A DNA stretch of 64,000 bases from Candidatus Paceibacter sp. (GTDB lineage: Bacteria; Patescibacteriota; Minisyncoccia; UBA6257; JAGOQP01). Shown piece after piece: positions 9,020 through 18,345 of this stretch (the first letter of the stretch is position 1; every line of letters begins with the position of its first letter). The DNA is taken from the NCBI GenBank assembly GCA_020724905.1, contig DYGB01000001.1, forward strand, positions 1,866-65,865, written 5' to 3'. A model generated the notes under the pieces. It saw only the letters and a program-made list of their open reading frames with translations, was not told where the DNA came from and ran no database searches. A program made the position numbers and the translations under genes.

Positions 9020-10011
9020 GATAGTGGTGTTACCTGTATTGGGAATTCCTTCCAACGAGGAGAAGAAAACGCATCTTTCTTTAACGCTCCCTCAGAAGCT
9101 CCTTTGTGTTCCACAATTGATGTTGCATTCGCACTCCCCCTACGAAGTGCTTCCTGTATCACATCTACATCAAACGTATCGTGCCCAAGAAGTGTAGAAA
9201 TAAATCCAGAACCAAACCCATCACCAGCCCCTGTTCTGTCAACAAGTTTCTCTTCAGGAAACGATCCAGCCTCGTATCGATATGATCCATCAGAAACAAT
9301 TACTCCTTTTTTTCCTCGTGTCACCACAACAATACCTGCAACTTGTTTATCTAATACTGCAAATACTTTCTCTGGAGTATCAAAGGAAATACCGGTAATT
9401 ATAGCAGCCTCATGTTCATTAACAAATAACACATCAACAAAAGGAAGGTGTTCCCATAACTCTTTAGATCCTTCTTTGATGTGTACACTACTTGGGTTAA
9501 GGGCAACACGAATACCCTCTTTTTTTGCATGGGAAAGAAGACGATCAAATGTCTTGTATGAATAACCCGGAAGAGATACATACCACCACTGTGCAGCAAG
9601 TTTTTCTCCAACAATAGCATCAAGAGAAAACTGATCAAGCGCTCCGTGATGTGTGATAATACTTCTCTCACCATCTTGTAAAAGCACCACTGCCTGTCCT
9701 GTAGCACCCTCAACACGTTCAACCATATCATGAGAAACTCCTTCACGATCCAACCGTTCATATAACAAATTGGCAAACACATCATTCCCCACAGCACTCA
9801 CTAGTGCGGTAGAGTATCCTTGCCGTGAAAATGTAATTGCTGCATTAACAGCATTTCCTCCAGTCGTACTATACACTCCCTCAGATGCATGTTTTTCTCC
9901 AAACGGAATAGCTAGCGCTTTTCCACTTGGGTTCTCCCAAGTAACATAAGGAAAAGAAACATTCCAGAATGAATCAATAGTACTTGAACCAATACAGATA
10001 ACATCTTTCAT
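9016..10011 (-). CDS. PfkB-family carbohydrate kinase (ribokinase-like).
   Basis: The C-terminal DTTGAGDGFGSGFISTLL motif and an N-terminal ICIGSSTID-like glycine-rich region. Confidence 0.75.
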   Translation of the reverse strand: MKDVICIGSSTIDSFWNVSFPYVTWENPSGKALAIPFGEKHASEGVYSTTGGNAVNAAITFSRQGYSTALVSAVGNDVFANLLYERLDREGVSHDMVERVEGATGQAVVLLQDGERSIITHHGALDQFSLDAIVGEKLAAQWWYVSLPGYSYKTFDRLLSHAKKEGIRVALNPSSVHIKEGSKELWEHLPFVDVLFVNEHEAAIITGISFDTPEKVFAVLDKQVAGIVVVTRGKKGVIVSDGSYRYEAGSFPEEKLVDRTGAGDGFGSGFISTLLGHDTFDVDVIQEALRRGSANATSIVEHKGASEGALKKDAFSSPRWKEFPIQVTPLS

Positions 10012-10013
10012 AC

Positions 10014-11012
10014 CTAACTACGTTTTCTTTTTATAACTTTTTGAGTAGCAATAATAATATCAGAAGAAAGAAGTTTGTACTGTTTGTACAATTCATACCC
10101 AGTACCTGATTGACCAAATTGTCCATCAACACCAATAAACTCCATAGGAACAGGATTCTTTTTTGAAAGTAGTTCTGAAATTGCAGATCCAATTCCTCCA
10201 TAGATAGAATGTTCTTCAACACTCACCACAGCCCCCGCTCGAGCTACCCATGAGAGAATCTCTTTGGTATCAAGAGGAACAATTGAAGGAACGTTAATAA
10301 CGACACTATGAATCTTTTTCTTTTCAAGATCACGAGCTGCCTTAAGAGCTTCATGAAGTACCGGTCCTGCGCCAATCAACACAACATCAACACGTTTTGT
10401 TTTAGGAATCCAGAGTGGATAGGCTCTCCCTATCTGAAATGGTGTATCTTTTGTTGTGATAACAGGTGTTTTCTCTCTTTGTAAACGAATATATACAGGA
10501 CCCCTCACTCCTGCTGCAGCAACAGTAGCTCGTTGTGCCTCAAGCGCATCAAGAGGAACAAGAACTCTCATATTTGCCATAGAACGCATCAGTGCAATAT
10601 CTTCAAGACTCTGATGTGTTGCTCCATCAGGACCAGTTAACAGCCCCGCATGATGTCCTGCTATTTTGACATTCGAATCGTTATACGCACACAACGTACG
10701 AATCTGTTCCCAGTTTCTTCCAGGAGAAAATGTTGCATACGAGTTAATAAAAGGAATCTTTCCAGAAATACCCATCCCTGCAGCAACAGCTGCCATATTC
10801 TGCTCAGCAACACCAACATCAAAGAATCGATCAGGATAGAGACGAGAAAACCAGTGACATCGAGTTGATTCTTCCAAATCAGCGGTAATAACAACAACGT
10901 TTTCATTTTCTCCAGCTTCTAAAAGACCCCTCCCATACCCATCTCGAAGAGCCTGCATGTCTTCATGCCCTGAAAAAAGTGTGTGTGAAAGTGAAAGCGC
11001 TTTGTGTATCAT
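10014..11012 (-). CDS. tkt: Transketolase C-terminal subunit (pyrimidine-binding and C-terminal domains).
   Basis: FDVGVAEQNMAAVAAGMGISGKIPF and the transketolase C-terminal region. Confidence 0.8.
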   Translation of the reverse strand: MIHKALSLSHTLFSGHEDMQALRDGYGRGLLEAGENENVVVITADLEESTRCHWFSRLYPDRFFDVGVAEQNMAAVAAGMGISGKIPFINSYATFSPGRNWEQIRTLCAYNDSNVKIAGHHAGLLTGPDGATHQSLEDIALMRSMANMRVLVPLDALEAQRATVAAAGVRGPVYIRLQREKTPVITTKDTPFQIGRAYPLWIPKTKRVDVVLIGAGPVLHEALKAARDLEKKKIHSVVINVPSIVPLDTKEILSWVARAGAVVSVEEHSIYGGIGSAISELLSKKNPVPMEFIGVDGQFGQSGTGYELYKQYKLLSSDIIIATQKVIKRKRS

Positions 11013-11347
11013 GCTTCTTCTTTACCTAAACGAATAATACGAACGTGAAACCAAAAGAGTGGTAACCCTACAAGAATAAACGCAAGTGACTGAGAAAGTT
11101 CTCTGTGAGTACGAGCTGTTTGTTCTTTTTGTTGATATTCCTCTAACTGTTGTTGATCTATATCTTTCTCTCCATCAGGTGTTTCAAGCCGCATAGGGTA
11201 TGCATAGTATGAATCAGCATCGGTAAATACAAATGAGCGAAATCCAAGATCAATCATCTGCACAGATCCAATAACTAAAATAATGAGCCCAACTGATGCA
11301 AAGATATACAGATACAATGTTCGAATGAATGTAGATTGAAGTGCCAT
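11009..11347 (-). CDS. Small membrane protein wedged between the two transketolase subunit genes.
   Basis: Two hydrophobic segments flank a charged middle. Its stop overlaps the tkt-C start by 4 nt. Confidence 0.4.
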   Translation of the reverse strand: MALQSTFIRTLYLYIFASVGLIILVIGSVQMIDLGFRSFVFTDADSYYAYPMRLETPDGEKDIDQQQLEEYQQKEQTARTHRELSQSLAFILVGLPLFWFHVRIIRLGKEEA

Positions 11348-11362
11348 AGTTATATATATTAC

Positions 11363-12220
11363 TTATTCCTCCTCACTTTTAATTTTTCCCCCAAGCTTTC
11401 GAAGCTGTCGCAGTGCTTCTCGTGCTTGTTTCTTGTTTGGTGGCATCCCATGCCACACATATTCTCGTTCCATAAAATCAACTCCTTTCCCTGGTATGGT
11501 ATGAGCAATAATAACGGTTGGTTTCTCATAGACTGCCTTTGCTTCGAATACTGCGCCGATAAATTCCTCAATATTATGTCCATCAACATCAATAACGTTC
11601 CATCCACATGCTTCATATTTATCTCGAAGTGGCTCTAAAGGAAGTACATCCTCTGTATACCCATCAATCTGAATATTGTTCCGATCAATAACAGCGGTAA
11701 GGTTGTTGAGACGATATTTCCCTGCAAGCATAATAGCTTCCCAGGTATTTCCTTCTCCATGCTCTCCATCAGAAAGAACAACATAGGTTCGAAACTTCTT
11801 CTTGTCTAGTCGCGCACTCAATGCAACACCAATTCCCTGAGAGAGTCCTGATCCAAGAGGACCTGATGTTGTTTCAATTCCAGGAAGTGAAAGGCGGTGA
11901 GGATGTCCTTGTAGAGGAGAGGCAAATGAACGAAGTGTTTTTAACTTTCGGAGAGGAAAATATCCAGAACGTGCAAGCGCTGCATATTGGATAGGACAAA
12001 TATGCCCATTAGAAAGGATAAGCCGATCCCTCTCATCATATGAGGGATCCTTTGGATCATGGTTAAGAATATAAAAATAAAATGCACTCATTATATCTGC
12101 CATACCAAGAGGTCCTGCAGAATGCCCTGATCCTGCACTCTCAAGCATCCCAATAACATCTTGGCGTAATTGATTTGCAGTACTGTACAATTCTTTTATA
12201 CGTGCATGTGAGATATACAT
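11363..12220 (-). CDS. tkt: Transketolase N-terminal subunit (TPP-binding).
   Basis: GHSAGPLGMADIMSAFYF and VLSDGEHGEGNTWEA match the TPP-binding motifs. Confidence 0.8.
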   Translation of the reverse strand: MYISHARIKELYSTANQLRQDVIGMLESAGSGHSAGPLGMADIMSAFYFYILNHDPKDPSYDERDRLILSNGHICPIQYAALARSGYFPLRKLKTLRSFASPLQGHPHRLSLPGIETTSGPLGSGLSQGIGVALSARLDKKKFRTYVVLSDGEHGEGNTWEAIMLAGKYRLNNLTAVIDRNNIQIDGYTEDVLPLEPLRDKYEACGWNVIDVDGHNIEEFIGAVFEAKAVYEKPTVIIAHTIPGKGVDFMEREYVWHGMPPNKKQAREALRQLRKLGGKIKSEEE

Positions 12221-12221
12221 A

Positions 12222-12848
12222 TCAAAGTGATATAAGTTGACGATACGCTAATGATGGATCGTTATGCTGCCAAATAAAGGATGCGGAGATAATTCGTTCA
12301 ATTCCTTTCCCTCGTAAATGCAGTGCTGCTTCCGGTTCTATTCCTCCATCAACACTCAGTATACCATGCGCAGATACCTGCCTCAACGTTGTTATATGAG
12401 CATCAATCATATGAGAAAATGATTGTCCAGATGCACCAGGACTCACTGCGAGAAGTAATGTATGAGAAGCAACATGGGAAGAAAAAAATGAACGGATAGT
12501 TTCCTCTGTATCATGAATATCAAACACAGGAACACTTTTCTGATACTCCCACAGTGTATCATCTTTTACCGCTCGAGGATGAAAATATAGATAAGAAAAA
12601 AGATCGTCCTCCAAAAGATCTGCAACATCTTTACACGAATGCACCTCTCTCATCACATGTGCCTCATAGGTAAAAGACGGATACTGAGCCATCACCGCTC
12701 TGTCCCAATATGAATCTTGAGAAGAAAATGGTTTTTGAGATATATCAATATGTAGTGCTGAAGGAAATGGAGAAAAATGACTCACCGCCTCAAGACGCTC
12801 TGAGAAACATTCAGGAGAGGAACAATTAAGAGCAGGGATAACTATCAT
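12222..12848 (-). CDS. Ribulose-phosphate 3-epimerase-like TIM-barrel protein, divergent.
   Basis: The overall pattern is RPE-like (IPALNCSS...ALHIDIS...LLLAVSPGASGQSF...SVDGGIEP...ISASFIW), but the MDGHFVPN metal-binding motif is not conserved. Confidence 0.45.
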   Translation of the reverse strand: MIVIPALNCSSPECFSERLEAVSHFSPFPSALHIDISQKPFSSQDSYWDRAVMAQYPSFTYEAHVMREVHSCKDVADLLEDDLFSYLYFHPRAVKDDTLWEYQKSVPVFDIHDTEETIRSFFSSHVASHTLLLAVSPGASGQSFSHMIDAHITTLRQVSAHGILSVDGGIEPEAALHLRGKGIERIISASFIWQHNDPSLAYRQLISL

Positions 12849-13312
12849 ACAGAACCAAACCCATTACGTGTTTCAATGTCTTTTATATCCTGGATACGTT
12901 TTAGATGTTGAGGATCATTATCAAACGGAGTATCAAGCCATGCAGATACAATTTGAATCGCCTCATCTCGAGAAAGCATATCAGCCCCCAGTGCAAGCAC
13001 ATTCGTATCATCATGTTCCCGAGATACTGCCGCATGCTCAGGAGAAAAACTTAATACACTTCGAATGAAACGAAATTTGTTTGCTACGATATCAACACCA
13101 ACACCAGACCCACAAATAACAATCCCCCGATGATTAAATGGATCTTTACTTACTGCCTCAGCAGTTTTTGCTGCAAACTCTGGATAATCATCATTCTCAT
13201 CGTACTCACTATTCCCACAATCAACAACGTGATACCCTACCGATTTCAGGTAGGTAATAATCTCTTCTTTAAGGGAAAATCCCCTATGATCAGCTCCAAT
13301 ACAAATAACCAT
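12845..13312 (-). CDS. rpiB: Ribose-5-phosphate isomerase B.
   Basis: MVICIGADHRGFSLKEEI...GIVICGSGVGVDIVANK matches the RpiB/LacAB family. Confidence 0.8.
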   Translation of the reverse strand: MVICIGADHRGFSLKEEIITYLKSVGYHVVDCGNSEYDENDDYPEFAAKTAEAVSKDPFNHRGIVICGSGVGVDIVANKFRFIRSVLSFSPEHAAVSREHDDTNVLALGADMLSRDEAIQIVSAWLDTPFDNDPQHLKRIQDIKDIETRNGFGSV

Positions 13313-13338
13313 ATATCTTAGTATACAAAAAAATCTCC

Positions 13339-14316
13339 TTACTGTAACGTGGCAGAACTTGGAGTAATGCTCTGAACCTGATATCGCTCAGAAAGCTTGC
13401 TGTCAAATAACGAGACCGACTCAATTCCTTCCATAGAAACATCAACAATCCCCACCATTCCACGCATGGTTTCATCAGAAAAATACTGATCAAAGATAAA
13501 ATTCCCAAGGCTGTAAAAAATAACTCCTCCCTTGTACCAGGCAACATCTTGAACGACATGGGGATGATGCCCCACAACAATATCAACCCCTGCATCAATA
13601 AGACGATGTGCAAGATTCTCTTGTCGTTGATTAAATACTTCGTATTCCTCTCCCCAGTGCAGTGAAACAACCTGAATATCACTTATCTCCAAAGATTCCC
13701 TTACACGATCAAATACCAAAGGATCATCACACCCAAAAAGTCCAGGAGTATTTCCTGCACGAGCAAACTCTCCAAACACATCACTACAAGCAAAAAAAGA
13801 AACACGTGGATTTTCCCCCACAACAACAATTTCAGATGCTGCCTCCTTATTCTCCCCCACACCAACACTTTCAATACCATGTGCGGACAATATGCTAACA
13901 GTATCTAGTAACGCCTCAGCACCCCAATCATAAATGTGATTATTAGCAAGAGAAAGAACAGAAAAATGACTCTCTAAAAGACCCTCTATGACACGAGGAT
14001 CGGAACGAAAAGAATATACCGAACCCATATCAGTCCCTCTCTCAGAAATAGAAGTCTCTAAATTTCCAAACACAATATCACTATCAGAGAAAAAATCCTT
14101 ACTCACCCCAAAAGGATAGAGCGGATCATCTTCTTCCTTGATAATCTTCCCCACACTACGAGAAAGCATAATATCCCCCACAACTGCAATTGAAACAGAT
14201 TGAGGAGAAGAGTTTTCTTGCATGAGAGACTCATCCCTTTTCTCTTCAGGAGGAAATATAAAAACAAACGAAAGAATAAACAAGCACACAACACCTATCC
14301 ATAAAAATTGTCTCAT
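13339..14316 (-). CDS. CapA/PgsA-family metallophosphatase, with an N-terminal signal/anchor.
   Basis: VVGDIMLSR...NLE...LANNHIYDWG...HWGEEY...GVDIVVGHHPHVVQ. Confidence 0.7.
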   Translation of the reverse strand: MRQFLWIGVVCLFILSFVFIFPPEEKRDESLMQENSSPQSVSIAVVGDIMLSRSVGKIIKEEDDPLYPFGVSKDFFSDSDIVFGNLETSISERGTDMGSVYSFRSDPRVIEGLLESHFSVLSLANNHIYDWGAEALLDTVSILSAHGIESVGVGENKEAASEIVVVGENPRVSFFACSDVFGEFARAGNTPGLFGCDDPLVFDRVRESLEISDIQVVSLHWGEEYEVFNQRQENLAHRLIDAGVDIVVGHHPHVVQDVAWYKGGVIFYSLGNFIFDQYFSDETMRGMVGIVDVSMEGIESVSLFDSKLSERYQVQSITPSSATLQ

Positions 14317-14319
14317 ATA

Positions 14320-15345
14320 CTAGGAACGGTGTTGAGCAATTGCTTCTGCATGAGCACGAAGTGTTGCTACATACCCCCACTCATTGTCATACCATGAAAG
14401 AATCTTTACCAAATCTCCATCAACAACACGGGTATAGGAAAGATCAACAAGAGCTCCATAGGGCATACCAATAACATCTGAAGAAACGATAGGATCATGT
14501 GTCACAGCAAAGGTTCCTCTCCATCGTGGGTCAGAAGCTCCTTTCTCTAAAATACTATTCACTTCCTCAACACTTGTTTTCTTCTTTGATACGAATACAA
14601 CATCAGCAACTGATCCAGCAATAACAGGAACACGAAAGGCAATACCATCAAATGTATCTGCAAATGATGCTTGTGCACGCCCCAGTGCATGAGCAGCTCC
14701 TGTGCTAGAAGGAATAATATTCTGAGCAGCAGCACGTCCTCGTCTCACATCCTTTCCTTTTTGCACTGTATCAACAAGACTCTGTGTTGATGTATACCCA
14801 TGGACCGTACTCAACATTGCCTTTGTAATACCAATTGTTTCAGAAAGAAGCGCAAGTGGAGGAGAAATTGCATTTGTCGTACATGATGCATTCGAAGAAA
14901 TAGAGCAGGTAGCAAGGTCACCCTCATTAACTCCAATGAGGACTGTTTTCCCCCTCTCCCCATCATCATCCTTAGAAGGAGCGCTCATGAGTACATGTGA
15001 AGCTCCTGCGCTCAAATGAGCAGAGGCTTTTTCATAGGTAGTAAATACACCTGTTGATTCGATAACAATATCAACACCTAGTTCTTTCCAGGGAAGCTTA
15101 GTAGGATCAGGTTCATGAAAAAACGGAATGCTTTTATCACCAACGATAATATGATCACCCTGAACTTTTACCGACTCACCAAAGGTACGATATACAGAAT
15201 CGTATGTGAGGAGATAAGCAAGATTATCTATATTACCAAGGTCATTAACCCCAACAATCTCACACCACTCTTGATTATAGACCTGCCTAAAAAATAATCG
15301 TCCGATACGACCAAATCCATTTATTGCAATACGTACTGGTTTCAT
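14320..15345 (-). CDS. gap: Glyceraldehyde-3-phosphate dehydrogenase.
   Basis: VRIAINGFGRIGR Rossmann motif and the active-site SCTTN. Confidence 0.85.
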   Translation of the reverse strand: MKPVRIAINGFGRIGRLFFRQVYNQEWCEIVGVNDLGNIDNLAYLLTYDSVYRTFGESVKVQGDHIIVGDKSIPFFHEPDPTKLPWKELGVDIVIESTGVFTTYEKASAHLSAGASHVLMSAPSKDDDGERGKTVLIGVNEGDLATCSISSNASCTTNAISPPLALLSETIGITKAMLSTVHGYTSTQSLVDTVQKGKDVRRGRAAAQNIIPSSTGAAHALGRAQASFADTFDGIAFRVPVIAGSVADVVFVSKKKTSVEEVNSILEKGASDPRWRGTFAVTHDPIVSSDVIGMPYGALVDLSYTRVVDGDLVKILSWYDNEWGYVATLRAHAEAIAQHRS

Positions 15346-15390
15346 GTTTCTATTTTACCGCATGAAACATGATATATCCAGAAACACCCT

Positions 15391-16575
15391 TTATCGTATC
15401 TCTGCTCCTAACTCTTCTTGAGTTTTTTGAATAATGGTTCCTTGGATATTATTTACCTCATCATTGGTAAGGGTTCTTTCTGGAGAACGATACACGATAC
15501 GAAATGTGTAACTCACTTTCCCAGAACCAAATTTTTCTTTATTTCGATAGGTGTCAGTAAGTTTAACCTCCTCAATAAGATCATCAGCACAATCACGAAC
15601 AATTTCATAATAGTTATTCAAGCTTGTTTCCTCAGGAACAATAAAAGAAATATCTCGATAGGTCATAGGGTACTTACTCACCTCTTCATATACACTATCA
15701 AGACCTCTAAACTGATCTACGATACGAGGATCATCAGACCAAAATACACGGATATCAGGAATCTGCATCTTTGCCATAGCAAGTCGCTCAAGTCCAAATC
15801 CAAATGCCCATCCGTTATATACTTCAGGATCAACTCCCATACGTTTAAGAACTTCAGTGTGCACCACTCCGGCACCAACGACTTCAAGCCATTGTTTCTC
15901 TTCTTTTTCCTCTTCATCATTCCCCTTTCTCATAACTTCAATTTCAATCTGCGTACTTGGATTCGTAAACGGAAAAGTATCTTCTAAAAATCGATAGGTA
16001 ATACCATCTCCATAGATAGCTTTGGTAATAGCGGTTAACACTTCCTGTAGTTCAGGAATTCCAATAATATGTTTTTCTTTTTTGCAGATATAGAGTCCAT
16101 CTACCTGATGGAATACAGGAAAGTGATTCCTGTCTATCTCATCTTTCCGAAATACTTTCCCATGCGCTAAAAGACCCACCTCTCCTTCTTGTTCCAATTC
16201 TTCCATCGTTTCTTTCCGACGAAGATAGTAGGGCCACATCGTTGTCGTATGTGTTCGAAGTACATGAGTATCGTCAACATAATATGTATCAGTTTCATTC
16301 CGACTTGGATGATCTGAGGGTGTGTTTAAAATATCAAAATTATCCTCAACACTGACAATTTCAGGAAAATGCATTACATCAAACTGTGTAAACATATCCA
16401 ATGCAAGCACTGCATCAACAATATATTTGATAGGAGACCTTTCTTTTCGAGACAGATCAGGTAAGTGTAAAAGACGTTGCAAGCGAAGACCCTTAACATC
16501 TTCGCGTGTTTCAACGTCTTTTCTCAGTTTTTCACTGACAGGATCTGTGATATCGATATAATGTCTATCTGTCAT
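15391..16575 (-). CDS. pheS: Phenylalanyl-tRNA synthetase alpha-type catalytic domain fused to a C-terminal FDX-ACB anticodon-binding domain (monomeric, mitochondrial-like architecture). The start is trimmed to MTDRHYIDIT because the longer frame runs into tRNA-Leu.
   Basis: Class II motifs are present (HPSRNETDTYYV; FRKDEIDRNHFPVFHQVDG; GWAFGFGLERLAMAKM). The C-terminal ~95 aa (SKYPMTYRDISFIV...YRSPERTLTNDEVNNIQ...LGAEIR) match the PheT-type FDX-ACB domain. Confidence 0.8.
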   Translation of the reverse strand: MTDRHYIDITDPVSEKLRKDVETREDVKGLRLQRLLHLPDLSRKERSPIKYIVDAVLALDMFTQFDVMHFPEIVSVEDNFDILNTPSDHPSRNETDTYYVDDTHVLRTHTTTMWPYYLRRKETMEELEQEGEVGLLAHGKVFRKDEIDRNHFPVFHQVDGLYICKKEKHIIGIPELQEVLTAITKAIYGDGITYRFLEDTFPFTNPSTQIEIEVMRKGNDEEEKEEKQWLEVVGAGVVHTEVLKRMGVDPEVYNGWAFGFGLERLAMAKMQIPDIRVFWSDDPRIVDQFRGLDSVYEEVSKYPMTYRDISFIVPEETSLNNYYEIVRDCADDLIEEVKLTDTYRNKEKFGSGKVSYTFRIVYRSPERTLTNDEVNNIQGTIIQKTQEELGAEIR

Positions 16576-16649
16576 AATAATCCCAGTGTACTGAAAAAAA
16601 GACTGAAAAACAAATAAAAACACCTCTTTAAAAGAGATGTTTATATCTG

Positions 16650-16735
16650 TGCGCGAGAGAGGACTCGAACCTCCACGGGACGTAATGCCCACTACCACCT
16701 CAAGGTAGCGCGTCTACCAATTCCGCCACCCGCGC
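16650..16735 (-). tRNA. tRNA-Leu(GAG) with a long variable arm.
   Basis: The reverse complement folds as a cloverleaf with acceptor stem GCGCGGG/CTCGCGC. The anticodon loop TTGAGGT gives anticodon GAG. The T-loop is TTCGAGT. CCA is not encoded. Confidence 0.8.
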
Positions 16736-16789
16736 AAAAAGAACACTGCTATTATCAACTAAACGAATACTATTTGCAAGTATACATAT

Positions 16790-16820
16790 AAAAAGAGAGC
16801 TCAGGCGAGCTCTCTTTTTT
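16790..16820. terminator. Bidirectional intrinsic terminator (perfect 9-bp stem AGAGAGCTC/GAGCTCTCT flanked by an A-run and a T-run) abutting the rplS stop.
   Basis: The hairpin and flanking homopolymer runs are seen directly in the sequence. Confidence 0.6.
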
Positions 16821-17145
16821 AGAGTGATACTCCAATCTTCTTTCGAGACATTCTCTTAGAGACTTTTCTAAGATAATAGAGTTTTGCACGACGAACACGT
16901 GTTGGTTCAGTTACCACGGTAACTGATGCAATAAGTGGTGAGTGAAATGGATAAATCTTTTCAACCCCAACACTGTCAACAACACTACGAACGATAAAGG
17001 TAGCATTCTTCTGCGTACCATTCTTTCGTGCAAGCACAATGCCACGAAACGGTGTTGTTCGTTCTTTATCTTTTTCCTTGATACGCTCTTGTACTACAAC
17101 GAGCATTCCAGGTTTAATTTTCTCAATTGCTTCTATTCCAGTCAT
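16819..17145 (-). CDS. rplS: 50S ribosomal protein L19.
   Basis: GVGVEKIYPFHSPLI and RRAKLYYLR are L19 signatures. Confidence 0.85.
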   Translation of the reverse strand: MTGIEAIEKIKPGMLVVVQERIKEKDKERTTPFRGIVLARKNGTQKNATFIVRSVVDSVGVEKIYPFHSPLIASVTVVTEPTRVRRAKLYYLRKVSKRMSRKKIGVSL

Positions 17146-17178
17146 ACGAAACGATACTACCTTAAAGAAGAAAAAATG

Positions 17179-17868
17179 TCAAAGAGAAACAAGCTCATTC
17201 ATATCACTCCACAGAGGAGCCTCAATAGTTCTCCTCTCACCATCAAGATCTAAAAATGAGATAGAAAAAGCATGAAGCAAATGCCGAAGCACAGGAACAT
17301 CCTTATTCTTTTTAGGGCTGTAGAGCTTATCTCCTACGATAGGGTGATTAATGCTATTCATATGTACTCGTATCTGATGCGTTCTTCCCGTACGGGGTGT
17401 TATTTCAAGAAGTGTACAGGTACGTCCTCCCCACTCAAATACTTTAAGGGGATTGTATGAGGTAATCGCCTCTTTCCTCATCTTCTGTCCATGAGTACTT
17501 CTTCGAGTTGACCCTCTCACAAGACCAATGGCAGCATCGATAGTTCCAGGTTCTGTCACCTCTCCATGAACAATCCCTAGATACACTTTATGTACCTGTC
17601 GTTCTAAGAACTGTTTTTTTATATGTATATAAAATTCCTGACTTCGAGCAACAAGAAGTACACCACTTGTTTCACGATCAAGACGATGTATAACACCAGG
17701 ACGATGTATAAGATCATCTCCTACCTCTGCGATTTCAGGGAACATCTCCTGAGCCCATGAAACAACTGTCTCAATTTCACTCTGATGAGAAAAGGTATGC
17801 ACAAGCACACCAGGAGGTTTATTGATAGCAACAACGTGATCGTCTGTATATACAACAGGAATATCCAT
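17179..17868 (-). CDS. RluA-family pseudouridine synthase.
   Basis: HRLDRETSGVLLVAR catalytic motif. Confidence 0.8.
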   Translation of the reverse strand: MDIPVVYTDDHVVAINKPPGVLVHTFSHQSEIETVVSWAQEMFPEIAEVGDDLIHRPGVIHRLDRETSGVLLVARSQEFYIHIKKQFLERQVHKVYLGIVHGEVTEPGTIDAAIGLVRGSTRRSTHGQKMRKEAITSYNPLKVFEWGGRTCTLLEITPRTGRTHQIRVHMNSINHPIVGDKLYSPKKNKDVPVLRHLLHAFSISFLDLDGERRTIEAPLWSDMNELVSL

Positions 17869-17872
17869 TTTG

Positions 17873-17946
17873 TGGGCGATAGAGGACTTGAACCTCTGGC
17901 CTTCACAATGTCAATGTGACGCTCTAACCACCTGAGCTAATCGCCC
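17873..17946 (-). tRNA. tRNA-Val(GAC).
   Basis: The reverse complement reads GGGCGATTAGCTCAGGTGGTTAGAGCG TCACA-TTGACAT-TGTGA ... GGTTCAAGTCC. The anticodon loop TTGACAT gives GAC. Confidence 0.75.
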
Positions 17947-17959
17947 TCTATCTTTTATG

Positions 17960-18031
17960 TGCGTGTGGAAGGAATTGAACCTTCGACCTCTGTCTTATCA
18001 GGACAGCGTTCTACCACTGAACTACACACGC
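17960..18031 (-). tRNA. tRNA-Ile(GAT).
   Basis: The reverse complement reads GCGTGTGTAGTTCAGTGGTAGAAC G CTGTC-CTGATAA-GACAG ... GGTTCAATTCC. The anticodon is GAT. Confidence 0.75.
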
Positions 18032-18072
18032 AAAAACATACTACCCGATTGTATCCACAAATAACTTTTTTT

Positions 18073-18342
18073 TCAAGGTGTCACTGTTGGTTGAGACTCC
18101 CCTATCCCTAAATCAGACAATTCATCAAGATGAAATCCAGCTGATTCCTCCATCGTTGTTGTTTCAATATCAAGTGCAGTATCAATGCGTCCAGCAAGAA
18201 AACTAATTGAAACAACAAACAGAATAAGGACTCCAATGCTCAAAAGAATGCCAACAACAATAAATACCACCTCCTCACGTTGAGAACGAGACTCTGTGAT
18301 ACGTTCAAACCATCCTCGTATACGTACGATAAGTTGTTTCAT
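18073..18342 (-). CDS. Small single-pass membrane protein, hypothetical.
   Basis: The ORF has a central hydrophobic helix. Confidence 0.3.
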   Translation of the reverse strand: MKQLIVRIRGWFERITESRSQREEVVFIVVGILLSIGVLILFVVSISFLAGRIDTALDIETTTMEESAGFHLDELSDLGIGESQPTVTP

Positions 18343-18345
18343 AGG

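Noticed and set aside
9002-9797. ORFs 9002..9565 (+) and 9399..9797 (-) inside or antisense to the PfkB kinase gene.
   Set aside because: Shadow ORFs. The PfkB frame carries the family motifs.
13290-13682. 130-aa ORF overlapping the CapA-family gene.
   Set aside because: It is an out-of-frame overlap with a well-supported gene and has no RBS or motif.
16576-16698. Long pheS start overlapping tRNA-Leu(GAG).
   Set aside because: The extension reads as low-complexity non-PheS sequence and collides with the tRNA. The internal ATG at 16575 gives a sensible N-terminus.
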